Shown: positions 34,990 to 50,533 of the stretch, one piece after another
Layout of the letters: every line of letters begins with the position of its first letter
How positions within the stretch are numbered: the first letter of the stretch is position 1
Assembly (NCBI RefSeq): GCF_058153355.1
Contig: NZ_CM177019.1
Strand: one strand, 5' to 3'
Length of the DNA stretch: 64,000 nt
Program-made: the position numbers and the translations under genes
The notes under the pieces: model-generated
Told to the model about the DNA's origin: nothing
The model's database searches: none
The model's input: only the letters and a program-made list of their open reading frames with translations

Positions 34990-35967
34990 ATGAGAGTAGA
35001 AAATAATAATGTTTCTGGGCAAAACCATGACCCGGAACAGATTAATTTGATTGATTTACTGGTGCAGTTGTGGCGTGGCAAGATGACAATCATCATCTCT
35101 GTCATTGTTGCTATTGCCCTGGCTATCGGGTATCTGGCCGTTGCCAAAGAAAAGTGGACTTCCACAGCTATCGTTACTCAACCTGATGTGGGGCAAATTG
35201 CTGGTTATACCAACGCGATGAATGTGATCTACGGATCGGCTGTACCGAAAGTCTCCGACATTCAGGCTTCACTTATCGGACGTTACAGCACTGCATTCTC
35301 AGCATTAGCGGAAACGCTGGATAACCAGGAAGAAGCAGAAAAGCTGACCATTGAGCCTACCGTCAAAAATCAGTCATTACCTTTAGCAGTTTCTTATGTT
35401 GGTGAAACACCTGAAGGTGCGCAGAAGCAGCTGGCGAAGTATATCCAGCAAGTTGACGACCAGGTAAATGAAGAACTGGAAAAAGACCTGAAAGACAACA
35501 TCGCGTTGCGTATGAAAAACTTGCAGGACTCTCTGAAAACCCAGGAAGTGGTCGCGCAGGAGCAGAAAGATCTGCGTATCCGTCAGATTCAGGAAGCGTT
35601 GCAGTATGCGAATCAGGCGCAGGTGACAAAGCCACAGGTTCAGCAGACTGAAGATGTGACGCAAGATACGTTGTTCCTTTTGGGGAGCGAAGCGCTGGAG
35701 TCGATGATTAAGCATGAGGCGACCCGTCCGTTGGTGTTCTCACCAAACTACTATCAGACTCGTCAAAACCTGCTGGATATCGAAAGCTTAAAAGTTGATG
35801 ATCTTGATATTCATGCTTACCGTTATGTGATGAAACCGACGTTACCTATTCGTCGCGATAGTCCGAAAAAGGCAATCACCTTGATTCTGGCGGTGCTGCT
35901 GGGCGGCATGGTTGGCGCGGGGATTGTGTTGGGGCGTAATGCTCTACGCGATTACAACGCGAAATAA
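34990..35967 (+). CDS. wzzB: O-antigen chain length determinant (polysaccharide co-polymerase)
   Basis: Start set at MRVENNNVSGQNHDPEQ (about 325 aa) rather than the upstream ATG at 34933; two TM segments flanking a coiled-coil periplasmic region. Confidence 0.85.
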   Translation: MRVENNNVSGQNHDPEQINLIDLLVQLWRGKMTIIISVIVAIALAIGYLAVAKEKWTSTAIVTQPDVGQIAGYTNAMNVIYGSAVPKVSDIQASLIGRYSTAFSALAETLDNQEEAEKLTIEPTVKNQSLPLAVSYVGETPEGAQKQLAKYIQQVDDQVNEELEKDLKDNIALRMKNLQDSLKTQEVVAQEQKDLRIRQIQEALQYANQAQVTKPQVQQTEDVTQDTLFLLGSEALESMIKHEATRPLVFSPNYYQTRQNLLDIESLKVDDLDIHAYRYVMKPTLPIRRDSPKKAITLILAVLLGGMVGAGIVLGRNALRDYNAK

Positions 35968-35983
35968 TCTTTGCAGCATTAAA

Positions 35984-36022
35984 GAAAACGGGCAGGGTGG
36001 TGACACCTTGCCCGTTTTTTTT
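35984..36022. terminator. bidirectional rho-independent terminator between wzzB and hisI
   Basis: aaaacgggcagggtggtgacaccttgcccgtttttttt: hairpin flanked by A and T runs between convergent genes. Confidence 0.55.
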
Positions 36023-36063
36023 GCCGGATGCGACAACAACATCGCATCCGCTTACCCCGCAAC

Positions 36064-36668
36064 TCACTGATGCCGTTTACGCAGGTTCTCAATCACCGTC
36101 GTTAAATCCAGATCCTGATCCTGCAACAACACCAGCAGGTGATACATCAAGTCAGATGCCTCGTTGGTCAGCTCAAAGCGGTCATGTACCGTTGCTGCCA
36201 GCGCAGTTTCCACGCCTTCTTCGCCCACTTTCTGCGCGATGCGTTTGGTGCCGCTGGCATACAGTTTGGCGGTATAGGAGGTTTCCGGGTCGGCAGTTTT
36301 GCGCTCGGCGAGTAGTTGTTCCAGTTGATACAGGAACAGCCACTGGTGAGCGGTGTTGCCGAAGCAGCTGCTGGTGCCTTTGTGGCAGGTTGGCCCGATG
36401 GGATTCGCCAGCACCAGTAACGTGTCGTTGTCGCAGTCCGGCGCAATACTCACCACATTGAGGAAATTGCCCGACGTTTCGCCTTTGGTCCACAGTCGCT
36501 GTTTAGTGCGGGAGAAAAAGGTGACTTTGCCGCTTTCGATGGTTTTGTCTAAGGCTTCCGGGCTCATATAGCCCAGCATTAGCACTTCGCCAGATACCGC
36601 GTGTTGCACAATCACCGGCATCAGTCCGTCGGTTTTTTCCCAGTCCAGTTCGCGACGTTGTTGTTCTG

Positions 36669-36675
<7 letters not shown>
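36064..36675 (-). CDS. hisI: bifunctional phosphoribosyl-AMP cyclohydrolase / phosphoribosyl-ATP pyrophosphatase
   Basis: 203-aa ORF; last gene of the his operon; overlaps hisF. Confidence 0.95.
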
Positions 36676-38753
<2,078 letters not shown>

Positions 38754-38754
<1 letters not shown>

Positions 38755-39820
38755 TACAGCACTCCTTTCGACGAGGGCAGGGTATCGCCTTCCACGCGGA
38801 TGGCCTGGCGCAGGGTGCGACCAAAAGCTTTGAACAGGCTCTCTACACGGTGGTGATCGTTTTTACCTTTGGTTTTCAGGTGCAGGGTCACGCCCATGGT
38901 GTATGAGAGCGAACGGAAGAAGTGCTCGATCATTTCGGTGCTGAGATCGCCCACGCGCTGGTAGGTAAACTCGGCTTTATATTCCAGGTGCGGGCGACCA
39001 GAGATATCCAGCGCGCAGCGGGCAAGGCATTCGTCCATCGGCAGTACAAAACCAAAGCGGCAAATACCGCGTTTGTCGCCAAGAGCAATTTTTAATGCTT
39101 CGCCCAGCGCCAGGCCGGTATCTTCGACGGTGTGGTGATCGTCGATATAGAGGTCGCCTTTGACGTTGATTTCCATCCGGAAACCGCCGTGGGTGGCGAT
39201 CTGATCCAGCATGTGATCAAAGAAGCCAACGCCGGTGTTAATCTTGCTGCCACCTTCGCGATCCAGCCACACCTGGACGTCAATCTGCGTCTCTTTGGTG
39301 TTGCGCACTACATGGGCGTAACGGTCTCGTTTAGTGAGTTGCTCACCAATCATCGGCCAGTTCAGGGCTTCGCGGTCGTAGCGTAAACCATTAATGCCCA
39401 TGTTTTCCGCCAGTTGAATGTCGGTCGCGCGATCGCCAATCACATAACTGTTAGCGCGATCCATCGCTTGCTCAGCCAGATAACGCTCCACCAGTTTTAC
39501 TTTCGGCTTACGGCAGTCGCACTCATCGGCGGGCAGGTGCGGACAAATCAGCACTTCATCAAACTGCACGCCTTGCGAGGTGAAGATCTGCATCATCAGG
39601 TTGTGCGGGCCATCAAAATCCGCCTGCGGGAAACTTTGTGTTCCCAGACCATCCTGATTAGTGATCATCACCAGTTTGTAGCCCGCTTTTTGCAGCTTCA
39701 GCAGCTGAGGGATCACGCCCGGTTCAAAGGCGAGTTTGTCAAAACGGTCCACCTGAAAATCACTCGGCGGTTCGCTAATCAGGGTTCCATCGCGATCGAT
39801 AAAAAGATACTTCTGACTCA

Positions 39821-39821
<1 letters not shown>
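38754..39821 (-). CDS. hisB: bifunctional histidinol-phosphatase / imidazoleglycerol-phosphate dehydratase
   Basis: 355-aa from [14 protein letters not shown] (HAD motif), dehydratase domain C-terminal. Confidence 0.95.
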
Positions 39822-42192
<2,371 letters not shown>

Positions 42193-42197
42193 GGCGA

Positions 42198-43097
42198 TCA
42201 CTCCATCATCTTCTCAATCGGCAGGACCAGGATTGAACTGGCACCCAGCGCTTTCAGTTTTTCCATCGTTTCCCAGAACAGGGTTTCGCTACTGACCATG
42301 TGCATCGCTACGCGTTGTTGGTCACCCGCCAGCGGCAGAATGGTTGGGCGTTCGGCACCTGGCAGCAGGGCGATGACTTCATCCAGACGTTCGGTCGGTG
42401 CGTGCATCATGATGTATTTTGATTCGCGCGCCTGGATCACACCCTGAATACGGGTCAGCAGTTTGTCGATCAGTTGCTGTTTGGATTCTTCCATTTCGCC
42501 ATCGCGCTGGATCAGGCAGGCTTTCGAGCGGTAGATAACTTCGACTTCGCGCAGGCCGTTAGCTTCCAGCGTGGCACCGGTGGAAACCAGATCGCAAATC
42601 GCATCCGCCAGTCCGGCACGCGGCGCAACTTCGACAGAGCCGTTCAGTAAGCAGGATTTAAAAGAGATACCTTTCTGGTCGAGATAACGCTTGAGCAGGT
42701 GAGGATAAGAGGTGGCGATACGTTTACCATTTAAGGAGAGCGGACCGTCCCAGGCTTCATCAACCGGCGTTGCCAGCGAAAGGCGGCAGCCGCCGAAATC
42801 CAGACGACGCAAGGTAAAGTAGCGCGGATCTTCACCCTGGGCGCGGCGGTTAAGCAGCTCTTCTTCCAGCACGTTTTCGCCGATAATCCCAAGGTCTACC
42901 ACGCCGTCCATTACCAGACCGGGAATGTCATCGTCACGCACGCGCAGAATATCAATCGGCATGTTTTCTGCCATCGCGATCAGGCGCTGGGTGTGAAGAT
43001 TGATTTTAATGCCACAGCGCGCCAGTAATTCGCGTGAGTCATCACTTAAACGGCCGGATTTCTGCATAGCTATGCGTAAACGAGTGTTGTCTGTCAT
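42198..43097 (-). CDS. hisG: ATP phosphoribosyltransferase
   Basis: 299-aa from [15 protein letters not shown]; the longer ORF start at 43136 rejected. Confidence 0.95.
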
Positions 43098-43145
43098 TTT
43101 CTTATTCCTCTTTAAACCTGTCTGAACCGTTAACAACCGCGCAAT

Positions 43146-43182
43146 AAAAAAGCCCCCGGAAGGTGATCTTCCGGGGGCTTTC
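43146..43182 (-). terminator. his attenuator terminator hairpin
   Basis: On the - strand: gaaagcccccggaagatcaccttccgggggctttttt between hisL and hisG. Confidence 0.8.
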
Positions 43183-43242
43183 TCATGCGTTCATGCACCA
43201 CTGGAAGATCTGAATGTCTTCCAGCACACATCGCCTGAAAGA

Positions 43243-43293
43243 CTAGTCAGTATGATGGTGATGATGGTGGTGTTTAAATTGAACGCGTGTCAT
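43243..43293 (-). CDS. hisL: his operon leader peptide
   Basis: 16-codon ORF on the - strand, MTRVQFKHHHHHHHTD, with seven consecutive His codons just upstream of the attenuator. Confidence 0.9.
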   Translation of the reverse strand: MTRVQFKHHHHHHHTD

Positions 43294-43540
43294 AAAAGTC
43301 TCTGTGAATGTTTATTCAACTGATGTCTTTTAACCTAAACCACTTTCACGTTAGAAAGCAAGGGCTTTTTTATATATTTTATGGCGATGGATTTGTTTAA
43401 TGAATGAGCGGGGAAAGGAGGGGGCTAAGAGGACTGTCCTCTAACTTGACAGCACCAAAAAGAGCAAAGTCTGATTTTTCGTCTCGCTGGCAATGTCTTG
43501 ATCTACAAACTAATTAATAAATAGTGAATTAACACCCATC

Positions 43541-43562
43541 ATTGTACAATGAACTGTACAAA
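43541..43562 (+). promoter_or_regulatory. candidate YefM-YoeB operator (TGTACA palindromes)
   Basis: attgtacaatgaactgtacaa: two TGTACA cores with 6-bp spacing immediately upstream of the yefM start. Confidence 0.5.
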
Positions 43563-43575
43563 AGAGGAGATTTAC

Positions 43576-43827
43576 ATGCGTACAATTAGCTACAGCGAAG
43601 CGCGTCAGAATTTGTCGGCAACAATGATGAAAGCCGTTGAAGATCATGCCCCGATCCTCATTACTCGTCAGAATGGAGAGGCTTGTGTTCTGATGTCACT
43701 CGAAGAATACAACTCGCTGGAAGAGACGGCTTATCTACTGCGTTCCCCCGCTAACGCCCGGAGATTGATGGACTCAATCGATAGCCTGAAATCAGGCAAA
43801 GGAACGGAAAAGGACATTATTGAGTGA
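43576..43827 (+). CDS. yefM: antitoxin YefM
   Basis: 83-aa from [17 protein letters not shown]; 4-nt overlap with the following toxin gene. Confidence 0.9.
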
Positions 43828-44078
43828 AACTAATCTGGTCTGAGGAATCATGGGATGATTATCTGTACTGGCAGGAAACAGATAAGCGAATTGTTAAAAA
43901 GATCAATGAACTTATCAAAGATACCCGCAGAACACCATTTGAAGGTAAGGGGAAACCAGAACCCCTGAAACATAATTTGTCAGGTTTCTGGTCCCGACGC
44001 ATTACAGAGGAGCACCGTCTGGTATACGCGGTTACTGATGATTCACTGCTCATTGCAGCATGTCGTTATCATTATTGA
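43824..44078 (+). CDS. yoeB: toxin YoeB (ribosome-dependent mRNA interferase)
   Basis: 84-aa ORF ([22 protein letters not shown]...) coupled to yefM. Confidence 0.9.
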
Positions 44079-44160
44079 ACAGATTCATTCATAGAATGAA
44101 TTGTCAGTTTTGATACGCTAGCGTAGCCTTATAGATCTAAGGTGTATCAGGAGATAACGG

Positions 44161-44985
44161 ATGAAAAAGGTCGCAATTGTCGGGTTAGGGTGGTTAGGCA
44201 TGCCGCTGGCGATGTCACTTTCAGCGCGAGGCTGGCAAGTCACCGGGAGTAAAACCACACAAGATGGTGTCGAAGCGGCCCGAATGAGTGGCATTGATAG
44301 CTATCTGCTTCGCATGGAGCCTGAGTTAGTTTGCGATTCTGACGATCTGGATGCCCTGATGGATGCCGATGCGCTGGTCATTACGCTTCCGGCACGTCGT
44401 AGCGGCCCCGGCGATGAGTTCTATTTACAAGCGGTACAAGAGTTAGTGGATAGCGCGCTGGCCCATCGTATTCCCCGCATTATTTTTACCAGCTCGACAT
44501 CTGTCTATGGCGACGCGCAAGGCACGGTGAAAGAAACCACCCCGCGTAATCCGGTGACCAACAGTGGACGAGTATTAGAAGAACTCGAAGACTGGCTGCA
44601 CAATTTACCCGGTACTTCGGTCGATATTCTGCGTCTTGCGGGCCTGGTCGGACCGGGACGTCATCCCGGACGCTTCTTTGCCGGAAAAACCGCCCCTGAT
44701 GGTGAACATGGTGTTAATTTAGTCCATTTAGAAGATGTTATTGGCGCTATCACTCTGTTGTTACAGGCACCTAAAGGCGGACACATCTATAATATATGTG
44801 CGCCAGCTCACCCTGCGCGTAATGTTTTCTATCCGCAGATGGCCCGTTTATTGGGGCTGGAACCTCCGCAGTTCAGAAATAGTCTGGACAGCGGCAAAGG
44901 TAAGATTATTGATGGCAGTCGGATTTGTAATGAACTGGGATTTGAATACCAGTATCCCGATCCGCTGGTAATGCCGCTGGAGTAA
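44161..44985 (+). CDS. yeeZ: NAD(P)-binding Rossmann-fold protein
   Basis: 274-aa ORF; VAIVGLGWLGMPLA motif; conserved neighbour of yefM-yoeB. Confidence 0.8.
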   Translation: MKKVAIVGLGWLGMPLAMSLSARGWQVTGSKTTQDGVEAARMSGIDSYLLRMEPELVCDSDDLDALMDADALVITLPARRSGPGDEFYLQAVQELVDSALAHRIPRIIFTSSTSVYGDAQGTVKETTPRNPVTNSGRVLEELEDWLHNLPGTSVDILRLAGLVGPGRHPGRFFAGKTAPDGEHGVNLVHLEDVIGAITLLLQAPKGGHIYNICAPAHPARNVFYPQMARLLGLEPPQFRNSLDSGKGKIIDGSRICNELGFEYQYPDPLVMPLE

Positions 44986-45030
44986 ACGATCACGCCAGCA
45001 GGACGCCGCATACACTGCAAGGGGGCGTGT

Positions 45031-45960
45031 ATGAAACCACTGCTGGATGTGTTGATGATCCTCGATGCCTTAGAAAAAGAAGGCAGTTTTGCGGCGGCGT
45101 CGGCCAAACTCTACAAGACGCCGTCCGCTCTGAGTTACACCGTTCACAAGCTGGAAAGCGACCTTAATATTCAATTGCTTGATCGCAGCGGACACCGCGC
45201 TAAATTCACCCGCACCGGAAAAATGTTATTAGAGAAAGGGCGGGAAGTTCTGCATACCGTGCGAGAACTGGAAAAGCAGGCGATCAAACTGCATGAAGGC
45301 TGGGAAAACGAGCTGGTGATTGGCGTGGACGACACCTTCCCTTTTTCTCTGCTTGCGCCACTCATTGAGGCTTTTTATCAACATCATAGCGTGACGCGCC
45401 TGAAGTTTATCAATGGTGTACTCGGTGGTTCATGGGATGCCCTGACTCAGGGGCGAGCGGATATTATTGTTGGCGCGATGCATGAGCCACCATCTTCCAG
45501 TGAGTTTGGTTTCTCTCGGTTGGGCGATCTGGAACAAGTCTTTGCGGTCGCGCCTCATCATCCGTTAGCCCTGGAAGAAGAACCGTTAAACCGTCGTATC
45601 ATTAAACGATATCGGGCGATTGTGGTGGGGGACACTGCACAGGCCGGCGCTTCTACGGCCTCACAACTTCTCGACGAACAAGAAGCTATTACCGTTTTCG
45701 ATTTTAAAACCAAGCTGGAGCTGCAAATTAGCGGCCTCGGCTGCGGCTATTTACCCCGTTATCTGGCGCAACGTTTTCTCGATAGTGGTGCGTTAATCGA
45801 GAAGAAAGTGGTCGCCCAAACCCTCTTTGAACCCGTCTGGATTGGCTGGAATGAACAGACCGCGGGGCTTGCCAGTGGTTGGTGGCGGGACGAAATTTTA
45901 GCAAATAGTGCGATCGCCGGTGTTTATGCAAAATCTGATGACGGAAAATCAGCCATTTAA
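45031..45960 (+). CDS. yeeY: LysR-family transcriptional regulator
   Basis: 309-aa ORF; N-terminal LysR HTH (FAAASAKLYKTPSALSYTVHKLESDL) and substrate-binding domain. Confidence 0.8.
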   Translation: MKPLLDVLMILDALEKEGSFAAASAKLYKTPSALSYTVHKLESDLNIQLLDRSGHRAKFTRTGKMLLEKGREVLHTVRELEKQAIKLHEGWENELVIGVDDTFPFSLLAPLIEAFYQHHSVTRLKFINGVLGGSWDALTQGRADIIVGAMHEPPSSSEFGFSRLGDLEQVFAVAPHHPLALEEEPLNRRIIKRYRAIVVGDTAQAGASTASQLLDEQEAITVFDFKTKLELQISGLGCGYLPRYLAQRFLDSGALIEKKVVAQTLFEPVWIGWNEQTAGLASGWWRDEILANSAIAGVYAKSDDGKSAI

Positions 45961-46226
45961 AGAAAAATTATTATGACAAGCCTCTCATTCTCTTGTCATT
46001 TCCCCCCCATTTAGGCACAATGCGCCGCTGTCAAAAAATGACTAAAAACCGACGTTTAATTAGCGTCGGTTATTTTTTGCTTCAAACCAATCATTCATAC
46101 CAAGAGGCCGGGCTTCGTACCGGATAGATATTTACTAAAAATCGACAGTTGTTGTCGCTGAGGAATCCAAAAAAATGGGGCAATTTTTTGCTTACGCGAC
46201 GGTTATCACCGTAAAGGAGAATGACC

Positions 46227-47585
46227 ATGTCGCATAACGTTACTCCAAACACCTCTCGCGTGGAATTGCGTAAAACGCTTACGTTAGTTCCGGTTGTAAT
46301 GATGGGTCTTGCCTATATGCAGCCGATGACGCTGTTTGATACATTTGGTATCGTTTCAGGCCTCACGGATGGTCATGTGCCGACAGCCTATGCGTTCGCA
46401 TTGATTGCGATCCTGTTTACGGCTCTGAGCTACGGGAAGCTGGTTCGCCGCTATCCTTCTGCTGGCTCTGCATACACTTACGCCCAGAAATCCATTAGCC
46501 CGACTGTCGGCTTTATGGTGGGTTGGTCTTCTCTGCTCGACTATCTGTTCGCGCCGATGATCAACATTCTGCTGGCGAAAATCTATTTTGAAGCTCTGGT
46601 GCCTTCCATCCCATCGTGGATGTTTGTGGTGGCGCTGGTGGCCTTTATGACCGCCTTTAACCTGCGTAGTCTGAAATCCGTAGCGAACTTCAACACTGTA
46701 ATCGTCGTGTTGCAGGTAGTGCTGATCGCGGTGATTCTGGGCATGGTTGTTTATGGCGTATTTGAAGGTGAAGGCGCGGGTACGCTGGCGAGCACTCGTC
46801 CGTTCTGGTCTGGCGATGCGCATGTTATCCCGATGATTACCGGGGCGACAATCCTGTGCTTCTCCTTTACCGGCTTTGACGGCATCAGCAACCTGTCGGA
46901 AGAAACCAAAGATGCAGAGCGCGTGATCCCGCGTGCGATTTTCCTGACCGCGCTGATTGGCGGCATGATCTTCATCTTTGCAACTTACTTCCTGCAGCTG
47001 TACTTCCCGGATATCTCTCGCTTTAAAGATCCGGATGCGTCACAGCCTGAAATCATGCTGTACGTTGCGGGTAAAGCGTTCCAGGTTGGCGCGCTGATCT
47101 TCTCCACCATTACCGTACTGGCGTCCGGTATGGCGGCGCATGCAGGCGTAGCGCGTCTGATGTACGTAATGGGGCGTGACGGTGTGTTCCCGAAAAGCTT
47201 CTTCGGTTATGTACACCCGAAATGGCGTACTCCGGCAATGAACATCATCCTGGTTGGCGCGATTGCCTTGCTGGCAATCAACTTCGACCTGGTAATGGCT
47301 ACGGCGCTGATTAACTTTGGTGCGCTGGTGGCGTTCACCTTCGTTAACCTGTCGGTTATTTCGCAGTTCTGGATCCGTGAGAAGCGTAACAAGACGCTGA
47401 AAGATCACTTCCAGTATCTGTTCCTGCCGATGTGTGGTGCGCTGACCGTTGGTGCGCTGTGGGTTAACCTGGAAGAAAGCTCAATGGTTCTGGGTCTGAT
47501 CTGGGCTGCTATCGGTCTGATTTACCTGGCTTGCGTAACCAAGAGTTTCCGTAATCCGGTTCCGCAGTACGAAGACGTAGCATAA
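46227..47585 (+). CDS. plaP: APC-family amino acid/polyamine permease (putrescine importer)
   Basis: 452-aa from [18 protein letters not shown]; 12-TM APC architecture. Confidence 0.85.
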   Translation: MSHNVTPNTSRVELRKTLTLVPVVMMGLAYMQPMTLFDTFGIVSGLTDGHVPTAYAFALIAILFTALSYGKLVRRYPSAGSAYTYAQKSISPTVGFMVGWSSLLDYLFAPMINILLAKIYFEALVPSIPSWMFVVALVAFMTAFNLRSLKSVANFNTVIVVLQVVLIAVILGMVVYGVFEGEGAGTLASTRPFWSGDAHVIPMITGATILCFSFTGFDGISNLSEETKDAERVIPRAIFLTALIGGMIFIFATYFLQLYFPDISRFKDPDASQPEIMLYVAGKAFQVGALIFSTITVLASGMAAHAGVARLMYVMGRDGVFPKSFFGYVHPKWRTPAMNIILVGAIALLAINFDLVMATALINFGALVAFTFVNLSVISQFWIREKRNKTLKDHFQYLFLPMCGALTVGALWVNLEESSMVLGLIWAAIGLIYLACVTKSFRNPVPQYEDVA

Positions 47586-47602
47586 TCATCTTTTCTAATA
47601 AT

Positions 47603-47640
47603 AAACCGGAGTCGAATGAACATTTGGCTCCGGTTTTTTT
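47603..47640 (+). terminator. rho-independent terminator after plaP
   Basis: aaaccggagtcgaatgaacatttggctccggttttttt: stem ccggag...ctccgg followed by a T run. Confidence 0.6.
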
Positions 47641-47763
47641 ATTCTTTTTTATCGAAATCCTCATTAATAACCATTTGTTCTAATTTAGAGAATTTGGTTA
47701 TTGGTCTGCATTCCACCAGTCATGAATAATTTCCCCATTAACATTCATCTGGTTAATTAATTT

Positions 47764-48822
47764 ATGTTTTCAATGATATTAAGCGGGCTAATTTGTGGTG
47801 CTCTGCTGGGATTTGTCATGCAGCGTGGGCGTTTTTGCCTGACAGGTGGTTTTCGCGATATGTATATCGCGAAAAATAATCGCATGTTTTACGCCTTGCT
47901 GATTGCAATTTCGGTACAAAGCGTGGGGGTTTTTGCGTTAATTCAGGCGGGCCTACTGACTTACGAAGCCGGGGCGTTCCCGTGGCTTGGTACTGTTATA
48001 GGTGGGTATCTTTTCGGGCTGGGAATTGTTCTGGCGGGTGGATGTGCCACCGGGACCTGGTATCGCGCGGGTGAGGGATTGATCGGCAGTTGGATCGCGC
48101 TTTTCACTTATATGGTGATGAGTGCGGTGATGCGTTCTCCACACGCCAGTGGTTTAAATCAAACCTTGCAGCACTACACTACTGAACATAACTCTATTGC
48201 TGATACTTTTAATTTGTCTGTGTGGCCGTTGGTTGCCGTTTTGCTGGTGATAACGCTCTGGGTGGTGATGAAAGAGTTGAAGAAGCCAAAACTCAAAGTC
48301 GCGACCTTACCGCCGCGCCGAACCGGGATCGCTCATATTCTGTTTGAAAAACGCTGGCATCCCTTTGTCACTGCTGTACTCATCGGTTTGATTGCGCTTT
48401 TAGCCTGGCCCCTGAGTGAAGCAACCGGACGCATGTTTGGGTTAGGAATCACTTCCCCAACGGCCAATATTCTGCAATTTCTGGTCGCGGGTGACGTGAA
48501 ATACATTAACTGGGGCGTTTTCCTGGTGTTAGGGATCTTCGTGGGGTCATTTATTGCAGCCAAAGCGAGCCGTGAGTTCCGCGTTCGCGCTGCTGATGCA
48601 CAAACAACATTACGTAGCGGGTTAGGTGGTGTACTGATGGGCTTCGGTGCCAGCATTGCAGGTGGTTGCTCTATCGGTAATGGACTGGTCATGACTGCAA
48701 TGATGACCTGGCAGGGCTGGATTGGCCTTGTATTTATGATTCTCGGAGTCTGGACTGCGTCCTGGCTTGTGTATGTTCGACCGCAGCGTAAGGCACGACT
48801 GGCAACTGCTGCGGCAAATTAA
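47764..48822 (+). CDS. yeeE: YeeE/YedE-family inner membrane transporter (thiosulfate uptake)
   Basis: 352-aa polytopic ORF with two conserved Cys-containing half-repeats (RGRFCLTGG ... AGGCSIGNG). Confidence 0.8.
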   Translation: MFSMILSGLICGALLGFVMQRGRFCLTGGFRDMYIAKNNRMFYALLIAISVQSVGVFALIQAGLLTYEAGAFPWLGTVIGGYLFGLGIVLAGGCATGTWYRAGEGLIGSWIALFTYMVMSAVMRSPHASGLNQTLQHYTTEHNSIADTFNLSVWPLVAVLLVITLWVVMKELKKPKLKVATLPPRRTGIAHILFEKRWHPFVTAVLIGLIALLAWPLSEATGRMFGLGITSPTANILQFLVAGDVKYINWGVFLVLGIFVGSFIAAKASREFRVRAADAQTTLRSGLGGVLMGFGASIAGGCSIGNGLVMTAMMTWQGWIGLVFMILGVWTASWLVYVRPQRKARLATAAAN

Positions 48823-48835
48823 GTAAGGTGTAAAG

Positions 48836-49063
48836 ATGGCGATTAAAAAGCTGGATGTGGTGACGCAGGTCTGTCCGTTTCCACTCATAGAAGCAAAAGC
48901 AGCACTGGCAGAAATGGCCAGCGGCGATGAGTTGGTAATTGAGTTTGATTGCACCCAGGCAACTGAAGCAATCCCACAGTGGGCGGCAGAAGAAGGACAT
49001 GCCATCACCGATTATCAGCAGATTGGCGATGCAGCGTGGAGCATCACCGTTCAAAAAGCCTGA
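48836..49063 (+). CDS. yeeD: TusA-like sulfur carrier protein
   Basis: 75-aa ORF with TusA CPxP motif (VCPFPLIEAK); directly follows yeeE. Confidence 0.8.
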   Translation: MAIKKLDVVTQVCPFPLIEAKAALAEMASGDELVIEFDCTQATEAIPQWAAEEGHAITDYQQIGDAAWSITVQKA

Positions 49064-49074
49064 CTCAAAATTGT

Positions 49075-49098
49075 CCTCCGCCGTACCAGCGGCGGAGG
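49075..49098. terminator. bidirectional terminator hairpin between yeeD and sbcB
   Basis: cctccgccgtaccagcggcggagg perfect-stem hairpin between convergent genes. Confidence 0.5.
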
Positions 49099-49105
49099 CT
49101 TCACA

Positions 49106-50533
49106 TTAGACAATCTCTTCCGCGTACTGCCAAAGCGCTTTTAACAGCGCCACTTTTTCTTTATCGTCGGCATACTGCTGCGCCAGCATCTGAATCTCTT
49201 CTGCATAGCCTTGTAAAAACTCTGGCGTGAAGACCTGGCGGCGGTGCTCCAGCCAGCGTTGCTGCTCGGCATAATCCAGCGTCCCCGGGAAGTTGCGCGC
49301 CCGATAATTGAACAACAGCTTTTCAATTCGTTTATCAACAAAAGTGATATCCAGTGCCGGTAAATTACGCGGCTCGGTTTCCAGCACAATTTTCATTGCT
49401 GCACGATCGGCGTCACTGAAAAAGCCGTTATAAAGCTGTGCATCCACATTATCTGAAGGTGTAAACGGTTCGGCTTCCACGAATATCGCTACCACTTTTT
49501 CACGCACTTGCGGATTTTCACGCAGAATTTTTAGGTTATCGAGGCAATGCTGACGATTAATTCCCAGTCGGTCGGCATCTTCCGGGCGTAGCGTATTCGC
49601 CTGGGCCAGTACCGGACATTTATTGATATGTACCAGCTTAACCGGAACGGCGGCGTTATCGCCAAGATCGGCTTTTGCGGTATATAAACGCTCGCGCAAT
49701 GTGTCGCTATCCAGCTCCAGTAATGGCGAAATGTCTCCTGCCAAATCCACCATAATTACGGCATTGCGATTTTCAGGATGCCACGCCAGCGGTGCCACCC
49801 AGCTTGTATTGCCGCGCCATGCCCCAAACATTCCGGAAACGTGAACCAGGGGTTTCATCTGAGGAACATCAATCAACGCCATTAGTTTGTGTTTATTACG
49901 ATGGGTAAAGAGATAATCAAACAGGCGTGGCTGACGCGTTTTTACCAGTTTTGCCATCGCAATAGTGGCGTACACATCAGCCATCGCATCGTGGGCGTTG
50001 CTATGTTCAATACCATTCGCTTTGGTTAAATGCTCAAGGCGAAAGCTCGGTAGACCGTCATCATTTTCAGGCCAATTTATTCCTTCCGGGCGCAGGGCAT
50101 AACAGGCACGCATAACATCCAGTAAATCCCAGCGCGAGTTATCATGCTGCCAGCTCCAGGCGTAAGGATCGTAGAAATTACGATAAAAAACGTTGCGTGT
50201 GACTTCGTCGTCGAAACGCACATTGTTGTAGCCCAGAATACAGGTCTTCGGTACGGTAAAAAGCGAGTGAATACGGGCGGCAAACGCGGCTTCGTTTTCT
50301 CCTTTCGCTCGTGCCTCCTGCGGGGTAATACCGGTAATTAATACTGCTCCAGGCTGGGGTAAATAGTCATCCGCGGGCTTGCAGTAAAAGACTTCGGGTT
50401 CGCCGATGACATTGAATTCGTCATCGGTGCGAATGGCTGCGAACTGTGCAGGGCGATCTAACGCGGGGTGCGTGCCAAAGGTTTCGTAATCGTGAAACAA
50501 AAAGGTAGATTGTTGCTTACCGTCATTCATCAT
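49106..50533 (-). CDS. sbcB: exodeoxyribonuclease I
   Basis: 475-aa from MMNDGKQQSTFLFHDYETFG (DEDDh exonuclease motif); the 16-codon upstream extension rejected. Confidence 0.95.
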   Translation of the reverse strand: MMNDGKQQSTFLFHDYETFGTHPALDRPAQFAAIRTDDEFNVIGEPEVFYCKPADDYLPQPGAVLITGITPQEARAKGENEAAFAARIHSLFTVPKTCILGYNNVRFDDEVTRNVFYRNFYDPYAWSWQHDNSRWDLLDVMRACYALRPEGINWPENDDGLPSFRLEHLTKANGIEHSNAHDAMADVYATIAMAKLVKTRQPRLFDYLFTHRNKHKLMALIDVPQMKPLVHVSGMFGAWRGNTSWVAPLAWHPENRNAVIMVDLAGDISPLLELDSDTLRERLYTAKADLGDNAAVPVKLVHINKCPVLAQANTLRPEDADRLGINRQHCLDNLKILRENPQVREKVVAIFVEAEPFTPSDNVDAQLYNGFFSDADRAAMKIVLETEPRNLPALDITFVDKRIEKLLFNYRARNFPGTLDYAEQQRWLEHRRQVFTPEFLQGYAEEIQMLAQQYADDKEKVALLKALWQYAEEIV

